Source of the DNA: Adineta vaga
Taxonomy: Eukaryota; Animalia; Rotifera
DNA length: 64,000 nucleotides
Assembly: GCA_021613535.1 (NCBI GenBank)
Contig: CP075492.1
Coordinates: 19,654,001-19,718,000 of the forward strand
Reading direction: 5' to 3'
How positions within the stretch are numbered: the stretch's first letter is position 1; each line of letters begins with the position of its first letter. This document shows positions 50,934 to 63,398 of the stretch, in pieces. The notes under the pieces were generated by a model that saw only the letters and a list, made by a program, of their open reading frames with translations, was not told the origin of the DNA and did no database searches. The translations under genes were made by a program, and so were the position numbers.

Positions 50934-52635
50934 GAGTGATTTTCACGAGAAGAGATCCAAACCAGGCATACAACATGTTTCATTCTTGCTCGAAAGACTC
51001 GTCAGTATGTTTAGAATCGAAAACTATATAGAAAAGGATTCAAACCTTACTATTGAATAAAAATGACAAATTTCTCGAAAACTGAATCAAAGATTTGAAA
51101 TAGTTAAATTAACTGATGTATTTCAAAGCTTTTGTCTTATTTTTGGAAAGGGTTTATTATAACAAAACAGAAAACGAAGATCAATCTATGTAAATGAAAT
51201 GTTTGTATATGTCGCAGAGAAATATGATTATGGTGTTGGTTATAGACTAATTTTTGTTGTGAGAATTCTTTTTAGCTGTCGTAGTCGATTTGGAATATCA
51301 AGCAACTGTGTGATCTTTTGCATGTTCTTCATTACTTTGAATATCTTTGTCGTCGTGTTCTTGTTAATTACATTACGATCATTGGCTGGTAATGGTGGAT
51401 TGGATAGATTTTGCCAGAATGTATGTGGAAAGTATTGTTTATAGTTAATTCCACTTACGCATATTATTATGAATTGAATGGTTAAGCCGGTTAACCGATA
51501 TTTTTTAACCGGTTATAGCGACATGGGATATACTCGATAGTCATTCTATATGAACGCACAAAAATTTTATAAACTTCTAAAGTTCTTGATCTACTTTTAC
51601 GAAGGGAATTGAAATCAAACTAAATAATTTTTATCGAATTTTTACAGCATAAGATACCTCTTTGCGGCGAATTTTATCGCTGATTGAAATATTATCACGA
51701 GTGCACTACGAGAGTTATACAAACCGACTGAGTTTTTTCGTCTTCCTGTCAATATTTTATATGCTAAATGTATTGATTGGAAGGAGGCACGCATTGCAAC
51801 GTTAATGAAGCACAGCGCGTTCTTGAGAATAAAAACAACCATTGGATTGTTTTTCTTTCTGTTTTTTTTCTTTCAGTACCTATATATGGCACAATGTAAT
51901 ATTATAAATCTTTGGTGCCATTCAAAGATGCTGATACTGAAATTGACAGATCAGTTCATCGTTTTTAAATAGAAGAATAGAGTATGGAACAAGTTTTCGT
52001 ATTTGTTCATACAAACTAATTTCATCTTCTTGCATTTCTCTTGCTCATTTCATACAGACTCTGCACGCTCTCCCTCTGAAAAACAATCAGATTGGAAATC
52101 AAGGTGCACGAGCTTTGACTGACGTATTACAAAAGAATTCAGTGAGATAAAAAGCACTCTTTTCATCTTCATCATATCTATCTTTCTTCTTAACAGAAAG
52201 TATGGATGATTGTGTCGAAGGGACTGATTCTTTTATTTTTGCTGACTGTCTATTTTCTCTAAGTTTTTTTCAAAGTGGATAGTTTTGGTGATTGTGTAAA
52301 TTACAGATATCCATTTATTAACAACAGAAAATGGTATAAATATTTGTACTCTGACACGTCGCTCTTTACAATAAAGAAAACGAATGTGTTTGATAGGCTT
52401 GCACCTGTTGTCAATTAATTAACAAAAAAAAATTGTTTTTAGTTTTAAAAACGTGGCACACATTTGTACAATCTTTCTTTTTTTTATATAAATATGTGGA
52501 GTACGCGTGACTTTTTGCTTTTGTTATTCGTTGTCCTGGTTATAAACGAGTGATACTTATAGAATCGTTACATAAGATTGTATGTGGTTTGAAAAAAATA
52601 TAGAAACATATTTCGTGTCTATTCCTGTTTTAGAC

Positions 52636-53030
52636 ATGTCAAACGTCGAATATCGAACGATTATAAAGTTTTTTTGCTCGAAAAGGACTGAACGCTACCG
52701 AAATTACTAAGAAACTGAAAGAGATTTATAACGACTCGCATCCAGCGTATCGTACTGTTGCAAAATGGGTGGTTGAATTAAAAGATGATCGAAGCGCGAC
52801 TTTGACGACGCACCACCAAGTGGTCGTCTGTTCACAAGAACAACGTTGTACAAGGTGCTATTCGTAAGGTGAATTTCGTCGAATTGAACCATCCTACCTA
52901 TTCTCCGGATATTGCTCCTAATGATTATTATTTGTTTAAAAAAATGAAGGTACTTCTTCGCGGCAAGAATTTTGAGTCTGATGACGAAGTGATAACCACT
53001 GTCGATGAGTACTTAAGAAATCTCGATTCA
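52636..53030 (+). mobile_element. Internally deleted mariner transposase relic
   Basis: N-terminal HTH (YRTIIKF/F...ATEI...YRTVAKW...DDAPPSGR) is joined to the C-terminal HPTYSPDIAPNDYYLF motif; frameshifted. Confidence 0.8.
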
Positions 53031-53378
53031 ATAAAGACAGTAATTGTTATCATATTGTTTCATAACATATGAGCTGCACGAACTTTCCGGATACGGTCAT
53101 ACTCTATATTGTTCTTTATCCCTGGAACAGAAAGAATAATACAAAGTGTGTTGATATCTAAGCTTCTCTTCTAATTTCTATATACTCGAAATAAATGAAT
53201 CTATTGAGGAACTGCACTAACTCAACACAGAAGAAACTCGCCTTGCTGTAGACGCAAAACATGTCTATTGACTTTGATTAAGGTTACCTACACGGTGCAT
53301 GCAATCCTATTTGTGCTTTCCTCAACTATGCGCGCATTCTAATATTTTATCTCTTCTTTTCAAAAACAAAACATTTTT

Positions 53379-55319
53379 TTACAGTTTATTCTTTATTTGA
53401 TCGAGTTTCTTTTCACCCATTTGCCGCTGAGGGTGATTTGGCGGTAATGATCGTTTTGAAATTTCCACTGCACGTTCATAAAATGATCGTGCTTTGGAAT
53501 AATCACCCATATTTTCATACACCATACTGATATTGCTGTAGGATGTGCCCAAGTCAGGATGATTCGAAGGAAATAATTTTTCTTTGATCTCCACTGATTT
53601 TTGGTGATATTCTAGTGCTTTAGAATAATCACGCATGTTGAAATACACCAAACCAATATTGTTAAAGGATATACTCAAATCAGGAAGATTCAGAGGAAGT
53701 GATTTCTCTCTGATCTCCAGCGCTTTTTGGTGAGATTCCAGTGCCTTCGAATACTGACCCATGTTATAATATGCACCACCGATGTTGTTATAGGACATGC
53801 CCAAATTACGATGATTAGAAGGAAGTGTCTTTTGATAAATTTCAAGGCCTTTGTCGAAGTATTCAATTGCCTCTTAGTATTGTCCTTGAGTAAATTTGGC
53901 CGAACCAATTTGAAGATAAATCGGTGCTTCGTCACTCTCCTCAGTTGTTTGTTCCAGCATGATTTCATACACTTGTTCAGACTTGTCGAATTGTCCCATT
54001 TTACGAAGTAATGAACCTAATCTATACCATCCTGTTCCTGCACTCTCTTCACGGATGCGATCAGTCAATACACGAAGTTCTAGATCATCATCATCAGTTA
54101 ATATTAAATTCACCCGAAATAGTCGATCATGTTTATCCATTGCTTGAATATCATTGATTCGAAATACAGTATGCATGGAGAAAATTACTTCTTCCTCTCC
54201 ACTTTTGAAGTAACTGACATCGATGATGGATGCAAATGGTGTGTTAGATTTCGATGGATCAATATTTATCACAAATAGAATACCTACTAAATCTGGATTT
54301 GATGCAGCACGATGTGCAAAGCTTAGAGAGACCTTCTCATTCTTGCTGGTGGATAAAAAGTTAGTGAATGATAATAGTCCACCTTTAGTCTTCTTCATTT
54401 GTTCAAAATCACCCTTCGATAAACCTTGCCCACGATAAACAATAAAGTTGCTGTTGTCGTGTCCACTAAATTGTTCGGAATGTAATTGCTCAATATGTCG
54501 GTGAAGATCAACAATAAAGAAACCCATTTTCATCATCAGATCGGCGTCCATCAGCCGTAAGGCACCATTGAGCATTGGATAAAGGAGACATTCGTAGGTA
54601 TACCACCAAATCGGTGTCTCTTTACGATATTCCCGCTCTAATTTCTCGACGTTCTTCAATTCTTCAGAATTATTAGCAAAAACATCCCGACAGTATTCAA
54701 TAAATTCTTCAGTGTGTTTTTGTTGGAATTCGATAGTCAGTAAAGTTTCTTTGAAGATTTGTGTGTACATAAAAGAAGGATCCAGTTGATTGAGATTACC
54801 ATTAGATCCTTCTCCTCGGGCAACAAAGTTGATAGATGTGGCGTTTTGTTCACAATCTTGTGAAGCTTGTTTTAGAGCTTCACAAATATGTTTGATATTC
54901 GTAAAAACACCTTTAATTTTGGGCCATTGTTTGACCCATGATTCATGATATGTTTTGTCGTCACCAAAGATAAAGATGGAGTCCACTTGTGAGATGTCGT
55001 GCAGCCGAGGCACGATATGTTGACCAAGATAATGTGATATAATAATGCAGACCTTGTTATTGACGATGGTCCGGATAAACTGGATGCATTGATCACCATT
55101 TGTATAGATGTTAATGTTGTTGACCACCTGATGCAGGCGGGTAATGGTGTTGAGACAATCTTCATTTTGTTCATTGATGTTTTCATCCAACCAAATCAGA
55201 AGGACATTTTGAACCATTCGAATATCGATTCGTCGACGTCCTTCTGTATTTTTGCGGACGGCACATGGCTGGGCTGTGCTCTGAGAGTGATCACATGTTG
55301 TTGATTTTTTCTTGTCCAT
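53379..55319 (-). pseudogene. Second ART-TPR paralog with one in-frame TAA
   Basis: VYRGQ, NFLSTS and GEEEVIF present. ORFs 53874..55319 and 53379..53804 share a frame, separated only by TAA at 53874-53876 (GQY*EAIEY); about 5 TPRs. Confidence 0.85.
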
Positions 55320-55957
55320 TGATTTGGTTGCGTATGTCGAATGAAAGTGAAAAAAATGATGAAAATAATGTGATTTTATAGATCATCTACTTTCTTTCTT
55401 GTTTATTTTCTTCTCTTTATTATTGTAAGACAACACCCTTTTTTCTCTGATTATTGAATATGTTGCTATGAAAAACAACAAGAACATTTCTCATTGACGA
55501 GTAAATAATGAGAAAAAATATTGACTACTCAAAAAAAAGAACTCTTTTTTGTCTTCTGAAGGAGAAAGAGAATTTTTACAACCATGCCTACCTAGGTTTT
55601 ATATGTCATATCTCAAATCCACCTCAGAACCATGAAAACGCCATCAGTAGTATTGTAGATTTTTTAGAAATTTCTTGAGAATGTATGGAAAGTGCTTTGG
55701 AGAAATCCTCTGAAGATCTTGATGGTTCGGTTATTTTTTATCCAAACTATCACATATTTTAGTTCATATGAAGGTACACCTACTCTGAAATTTTTATCAT
55801 CCGGATAATGAAGATAGCAGTAAATTATGATAAAGTGGTCAGTTTTTTATATGAAAGCAGCAATAGAAAAATTACTTTTGTCATAGTTTAAATGATATTT
55901 TACTAGATGAAAGATAAATTGAAATAAAAAAGAGAATTATAGAACAAGTAACAACAC

Positions 55958-56026
55958 TGAGATGAAAGTAGATGTAGGTGTGAGCATTTGTCCTTCTGTT
56001 ACTAACACTCTCACGCTCACCCTCAA
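55958..56026. repeat. Degenerate head-to-head telomeric-repeat foldback
   Basis: tgagatgaaagtagatgtaggtgtgag, spacer, cactctcacgctcaccctcaa. Confidence 0.55.
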
Positions 56027-57204
56027 TGTTGCTTCTTTCTTTCGAATGATGCCGTTAGTTGAAAGCAACGAGCACGTATATGTATTCAGTGATGAGTCAT
56101 CTACTAGTAAAAATTCAGTGTAGTGATGGTAGTTAATAATAACGCCAGGAAGTAGCCGATCTTCATGATTTTGGAGACCGTGCAATTTATACGCCTTCGG
56201 TCAACACTCGTACAATCACAGTTTTGGTTGTGTTTCTCTATTTGTCGCTGCTTTCAACCGTATGAGGTACTTTCACCTTCAATGACAGACAAAATGAAAA
56301 CGAACACACCACAACAAGCAATATATTCTAGAAGCAACTTCAGTTGTGATTGATTTCTTGACTCATCCTCAAAATGGAAGACACTTGTGGGACGACTGCA
56401 TTTTGTCGAAAAGGTTACATTTCATTACGATAAGTCAGCAGATGAATCAGATACATGTAATCAATTTGTACTTGAATTCGAAAGTTTGGATTCCAGAAGT
56501 TATTAATTAGACCTGTCACTTGTAGTGGCATCCACAACCACACCTACACCCGTTGTGCTCAGGAAAATTCCGTAAGATGCACTCCGATCGAGCTGAAAAC
56601 GTTTTTGGGAGTAACCACTCTTGTTCTACGAAGATAGTTTTCAACAGTCTGCTGTACTTTGCCAACTCCAAATATACTGAAAAGATTTCTGGAGACCGTG
56701 TATTTATATTCTTAAAATCTGGATGGAATTGTCAAAAATGGAATCGGACAAAGTCAGGATCGTTCATTTATCGTTTCAACCACTAGTCTATGGTCTTCCG
56801 GCTGTCAGTAAAAAAGAAAAACCTTTTTTGAAAATGTCGATGAAAAAGCGAGGGACTCCTCTTAACCCTTTTTTGCATTCACATGTTTGAGAACATTTCA
56901 ATCGACGAGTTCATTACCATTCATCATTACCTTGCTAATCAACGTGTGAGTTTTGAGTGCTTTTCAGTAATTCATGCCAAGTCGTTGTTATGATACAACA
57001 CCTTTGAATACATCTATTTTTTTCTGAAACTTCATTAAACGACAGTGAAAAAAACCTGTTTTTTCACAATTTTCTTGCCAAAGAAAGCGTCAAAGTCAGG
57101 TTTTTGTCATTCTTAAATTAAAAAAAAAAACAACATTGTTTGTAGAGTGCTCTCTAATTTATTCGACGTTCATCTCATTCTATTAACTGAAAGCCCTGTC
57201 AGTG

Positions 57205-58272
57205 ATGAGTTTGAAAAAAGTTTCTCTCATGATTTTCTTGACGTTGATTACCTTATCAAATGAGCAAAATATGCGATCAGTTAGAATGTTAATAATAACT
57301 GGTCAGCAATTTCAATGTGCGACGACAACCTGTTTACCGTTCACCACTGTCACGACGTCCAGCATTCGCAAATGTCAAATGACTTGCTTAGCACAAGAAC
57401 ATTGCAGAGCCAGCAGTTTTCATCAATCAACGTTTGCCTGTGAATTGTTCACCGATGTATCAAGTCAAACTGGTAATATGCTAAGCAATCTGGCTATGAC
57501 TACTATACTTATTATCGATGGTACACGAAATCCACCCGGTTAGTACATCGATAATATGCGTATGCTGTAATCGCACTAGAGATCTAGATTAGAATGACTT
57601 TTCAGGAGAACAATTGGTCTCTTCCGTAAATGAAGAAGACTACTTCCTGCAAAAATATTTCGAAGTCTTGTGAACACAATAAACTGCACGAGCATATCAT
57701 AGTTAGAGTGAAGCACACGATCAACAAATCCTGACAGTGATCTCTTGTTGATTGTTCTTCGTTTATCTATTTGCCCACCTTTCTAAAGCCAAGTAACAGC
57801 TTTCAATCACTTCAAAAAGAGAAAACGAGAACATTGATGCTTTTACAAAAACAGTTTTATTTGAATGTTGAGTAGCAGTTCACCAACTTCAGCAAAGCAT
57901 AAAAGGTTTTTTCCTTTGTCGTTGCTAGCAACATTGACTCGCGAGAAGAGTAACAGAAAAATATACTCTCATCGTTGTGTATTTGCAGAAAGAACAACCA
58001 CTACAACGACAACGAGCACAACAACATCCTCAACCACCACGAGTACGACAACATCCTCAACAACCACGAGTATGACAACAACCTCAACAACCACTAAACA
58101 AACAACGGCAGCAACTACTGTAATACCTTTCCCTCCTTGCACTAGTTGTTGTAGTCTTGCTGTTAATGCTTATTGCACTTCGAGTGGTGTGACTTGTCAG
58201 TGTAGCTGTTGTACTACTTCCAATGGTTATAGTACCAGCATTGGTTATTGTGGAAGTTTTGCCAGCACCTAG
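57205..58272 (+). CDS. Secreted PAN/apple-like domain + Thr-rich stalk + Cys-rich tail, 2 exons
   Basis: Signal peptide and CQMTCLAQEHCRASSF...CELF. The phase-1 intron from ~57539 to ~57988 joins NPP to ERTTTTT...; tail CTSCC...CQCSCC. Confidence 0.7.
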
Positions 58273-58731
58273 CCATATTTTTGTCTTAGTTGTCCTAGTA
58301 GCGTCCTTACTTATGGTGTTTGTTAGTTTTTTCAGCAGAGACATATATCACACTTAATTCTTCATTTCTAATTTCTATCAATAATCCATACATGGCCGCG
58401 GACACATATGCGCTTATGATTTATATTGATTCAAAACACTCTTTAAGAATAAATGTTGTCTCGAGTGTATCGAATGAAAGTTTGTAAAACTACTCGGTTG
58501 TCATATTATATCGATGAGAGTCAACAAAATGAAGTTGAGGTTGAAAACCCCTCGACACACTGTCTAATCGGGATTGAGGACACATTCGAATGAAGAGTTT
58601 TATCAATATTCGATAATCGATACGCTGATGTATTCAACTGTTCACGAGGGTTCAGCATCTTCCTCTTTGTAATCTACTATATTCTTCTTCAGATTTACCT
58701 TTGTTCATCTGTAATTTAATGAACTATATAT

Positions 58732-60241
58732 GGGCGTGCTCAACCATAGGAGGCCCCATCAGTATTTTTACTTATACAACTTTACTTAAATACTGAGAAA
58801 AGGTAATTCTTTTCAAATTATGGTGTAGATATAATGCTAGGGATCTATATTGTTGTTTAAGCTATGTATCTGACTGAAAATAAGGATTAATAAGTGCCTT
58901 TTTATACACATGTTGTTACGATACTTCGCATGTAGCTTCTAAGGGTATATGAATTGTTATGTAGAGAATTAAATTCACTTAGAACGCATCAAAAAAGCTT
59001 TTCCATCATATAACTAAGTTTCATATAACCTATTTTTGAATAGGATGTTTTATTAAATTAGGATTGCACACAGCGCACACAATTTGTGAAATCTTAGTAA
59101 TTTTATCGATACCATCAATAGCTCCTCTATAAATACTACTATTGACAGCATAGATTTTGATACGTTGATTGATATTTTCGATAGCTGCTCTTGCACTATT
59201 GATTTCGTAGTTAAAGTTCTTGTCTTCAGTTGTTAATTCACCTCTACAAGGCTTCTTTTTTGAGGAAACGACATACTCTTCTCCAACATATGCTTTATCA
59301 GCAATAGTTCGCACAGAATCGTTCATATGTTCTAACAATCCTGATTCGCGTAGAATCATTTTGCCATGCACACTTCTACGATAACATTCGGAAACGTGTA
59401 CTATCCGATGATTAAAGTCACAAGCTATTTGTGTCTTAAATGCATAATTTGTTGCACTTTTCGAGTAAAAATAAGCTTTACGCTGTTAGAATATGATGTT
59501 GTGTTAACATTGTCTGATTGTTGCTTGGTTCTATGTAAGCAATATTTCATAAGTGATTGGTCACATATCGAATATAATTGGCATATTTGTTCAAGATCCT
59601 GTCCTTTATGTTGCACACACGATTCATGAGTACGACTCCCTTCAGACCACGGACATTGTTCTATAGAATATAAGCTCTCGAACAGCACGATGTTTCTCTT
59701 CTACTTCTTGTGATTTATCTTCGATTTCTGGTGTACAATGAATACAGTTACCACGATGTTGAAAAATTTTTCTGTATAGTCCAGATCTTTCCGAACCGAT
59801 CATGTCCAGGTTAACATAGAATTATAATCAGTACAAAATTTTCGACGAGTAATAAAAGCTGATTGACACTGAGAACAACTCCATTTAACTTGCAACGAGG
59901 ACATGATAGAAAGTGCGAGTATTCATATTTAATTGAAATGTGCTCAAGAGAAGATAAAATCAATAGGATCCAAAAGGGAACTTTTAGTTTGAACACAAAT
60001 AATGGGACTGGGACAACGCTACAGCGAATCAAATGAAATATTATTATGCACGAAACATATATTGGGAGTACGATAAGGTTTAAAGAAAAAAGCATATCAT
60101 CTTGTCAGATGTTTCCACGAAACAATATATCTCTAGCATTATATCTACACCATAATTTGAAAAGAATTATCTTTTCTTAAAATTTAAGTAAAGTTGTATA
60201 AGCAAAAATACTGATGGGGCCTCCTATGGTTGAACATGCCC
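58732..60241 (-). mobile_element. Degenerate ISL2EU/PIF-Harbinger-superfamily DNA transposon
   Basis: ~120-bp imperfect TIRs starting GGGC (58732-~58855 / 60121-60241) with AT(AT) on both flanks; DDE_Tnp_4-like remnant IADKAYVG...FNYEINSARAAIENINQRIK. Confidence 0.8.
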
Positions 60242-60842
60242 ATATCAGTTAAGATACAAATGTGTTAGTTTATGTAATGAAATTAATTGTTTACATAAAT
60301 GTTTACCAGATAGATAAGGAAAATGAGGAGATAAATGACGAAGTTGTGGATATACGATAATAATTCATCCAATTTATAACCAAGAATATTATTTATGTGT
60401 TTACAAGTTATATTTTTAAGAATAAGTGTTTCTAATCAAGTAAATTTTGATAGAATACGATGTGGTGAAATATCAAGATTAAAACTAAGTTTATTTGTTA
60501 TATAAAGTGAAGTTATTCAATGTTGAAATGAAATAATAATATCAGTATAATAACTTTTAAGATTTGATCTTGATATTGTTGAAATATTTCATAGATTATT
60601 TCATTTGATAATTCTTCAAAGTATGTAATTGATTTATCTGATAAACTGAAAACAAAAAATCAAAATAAATATCTGAATTAAAAAAAAGATAATTATTCGA
60701 CTTTCTGTTATTATAAATGAAGAGTTGATCTTTAATAGTTCATATATTTAAATTCTGTTTTATTAAATGATACATCAAATCTATTATTCGATTGACTATT
60801 ATGAGGGTGTGAGGGTGTGGTGAGGGTGTGTGAGTAAAGCAT

Positions 60843-60888
60843 TCTACGATCGCGATTTCGTCCTTGCTAAAGGGACTCATCAGGTAGA
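60843..60888 (-). ncRNA. Type I hammerhead ribozyme
   Basis: Minus strand: tctac-CTGATGA-gtcc...ggac-GAA-atcgcgat-C-gtaga. Stem I can extend with gagtaaa/tttactc; AUC triplet. Confidence 0.9.
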
Positions 60889-61459
60889 TTATTTACTCGA
60901 AGACTATCCAAATGATTTGAAAAGGTATAGCTGGATCGCTGAACCAGTAAAATATCCAGACATACATTTAGGTTGATGAAGTACCAACATGTTTATCAAT
61001 GTTGGTAGTGGATGAGTTTTTTTTGGAAAGAATAGGTAAATACAAGGTTCGAGTAGTGTTATGGTTAAGCCATACGCTCTACTGGGTGATTAGGAGCATT
61101 CCGGTCTTTATTTCCAAATTTTGGCGATACTGGATTATGTATCCAGGCTTGAGTACTGCGGTTTTTATTATAGTCATCCTCAATTTCATCATGGCTAGAA
61201 ATGAAATTTGATAGCTGTGAGTCCACGCAACTTTTAGTCGTCTTGATTGTCCTTACGGTTATGGGTCAAAAAATTATACGTAAACTTTAGTGTATGTGTA
61301 TATATATAGGTGTAGAATACATACAAGAATAAATGAATTACTAAAGTTAAATGAAACAACTAAATAAATAAACAAACAGAAAACGAGAAAATGAATTGTT
61401 TTTTGTGAATAAATAAAATAGTTTATTTGGTTGTTTTGAAATAATTATGTCGAAAGGAT

Positions 61460-62223
61460 TCAGTTTATATTGTTATTATCTGTTGGTGTATTAGGTGAAC
61501 ATAGATCGATCGTTTGGATAATTGTAGGTGAAACGAGGTCAATAATATCAGTACTGGTGTGAGGTGATGATATTGGACTTGCCATTGTTCCTCTTGAGGT
61601 CATCTTTAGTAGTTCGGACATTGTTCCGATTGATTTGAAACCTGTAGGTGTCATAGGCATAGTTCCAATTGATTTCACAGATGGTATTTTAGTCATCGTA
61701 TCCGTTGATATTTTTGTTGGTGCTATTGCAATTGTATCTGTTGACATATTCATGTCAAATGGCGGAGTTATTTCATTGTTTTGTTTGATAATCGTTTCAA
61801 CTAGATGATAAATAGATGAAGTTACTTCTCGAGTAGTTTGACCTAAATAACAAAGGAAAATCAAAAACAAAATACCGAGTTTGCTATTTCAAGTTTTTAC
61901 TTTCTGGTTGCTCATTTACATTGGATTCCTAGATTAGAATATACAAAATAATAAAGAATAATTCTCTTTTTATACAAAGAAAAACTAAATGTATTTATAT
62001 TAAGAAATCCTATATCTAATGAATTAGGTGTTGTTTCAGCAGGCGTGACATTTTCATCAATATTAGTAGGAGGAAGAGAAGGCGGCGTGACGTATGTTGT
62101 TTCTAAACTTGTTGTAGATTGTGGATGTGACACATCGAAATGTCGACAAAATTCTATATCATTGAGTAATTCTTCTAAAGCATTATCAAGAGTAGTATTA
62201 TTATGTGAATTATTTGTAGCCAT
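61460..62223 (-). CDS. Thr/Pro-rich accessory ORF of the retroelement (two ORF pieces, probably spliced or degenerate)
   Basis: MATNNSHNN...LEELLNDIEFCRHF plus GQTTREVTS...(SIGTM-like repeats); lies between the two hammerheads on the same strand; donor site unclear. Confidence 0.45.
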
Positions 62224-63132
62224 TTGATTTGTATATTATCTGTTGTCGATAGACAAGAAATAATGTCAAATATGAAACACAAAAGTTACGACATAGAATT
62301 ATTTAGAAAGACAAAAACAACTCTTCGATAGAAGAGTCAAATAAACATGTCTAAATATGTACACAGTATCGCAGTCAGTTTATTTATGTTATACAAACAA
62401 AAGAGAATAGAAAGTTCGAATAACAATATCATGCAACACATTTATTCTCTGTTTGAAAGTGTTGGATAGAAGCTTTGTATGCATTATATTTGACTTATTA
62501 TTCTGCAATTTTGTTACTTGAAATATAATCATAATCACATAACCGAACAATCTAGAATTATAATATAAAAGAATTCGGAATGTTAAGAAAAATCTGTCAT
62601 AACATATTTGATTCACTTACTATGTCTTACTGACCACTGTCTAATTCATTGTTTATGTTTACTTCATCGCCAGGATCCAAGCTATAATCAATATAATGTA
62701 TAAATTTTGAATCTTTTATTATTACAAGGACTTTCATATCGAAACACGATATCGACAATCGAAAAGGCTTTATTTTTATTCAGAGAATTCTTTTTACATC
62801 ACGGGAAAGTAATAATAAGAATAGAAGTACTAATTGCTACTAATAGTAATAGGTTCAATGTGGATCAAGTCGTTGTATTTACAAGAAGACAACCTTCAGC
62901 AAGTGAAGCTCCCGTACAATTCACTGGTCGACGAAAACTATATGAATGATTGATATTGTGAAATATATAAGAATAACCGCTCATCTGCCAATTTATTGGG
63001 ATAGTGTCAAGCTTTGATAATGTTTTGTTGAATCGCCATTCAATCTTTTCGTGTACGAAATTAGATCTATGGAAATTATATTTTATATGGAGACAGTATG
63101 TACGATAGTGTGGGAGTAGGTAACTAAAACAT

Positions 63133-63178
63133 TTTACTATCGCAATTTCGACCTTGCTTAGGGATCTCGTCAGGTAGA
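63133..63178 (-). ncRNA. Type I hammerhead ribozyme (second pLTR copy)
   Basis: Minus strand: tctac-CTGACGA-gatc...ggtc-GAA-attgcgat-A-gtaaa; homologous to 60843-60888. Confidence 0.8.
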
Positions 63179-63398
63179 TTGTATTCCAATGTGTTGTGAA
63201 TCGATTGAATAGGATGAGTCTTTTGGAGAGTTAAGTCTCGAATTATTGCTTGCTGCAGACGGGTAGGCTAATAGTTTTTGATGAAGCTAATACGTAATAT
63301 GATACTTCTGTTTTCTTTTATTTTTCCATTTTATTGAATATATGAAGATATGATATGCAGGAATACGAAACACATAGTATTAAGAACTATAGAGAATG

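Noticed and set aside
51480-51516. ccggttaaccg palindromic cluster
   Set aside because: It resembles TE subterminal motifs, but no boundaries or partner end could be defined.
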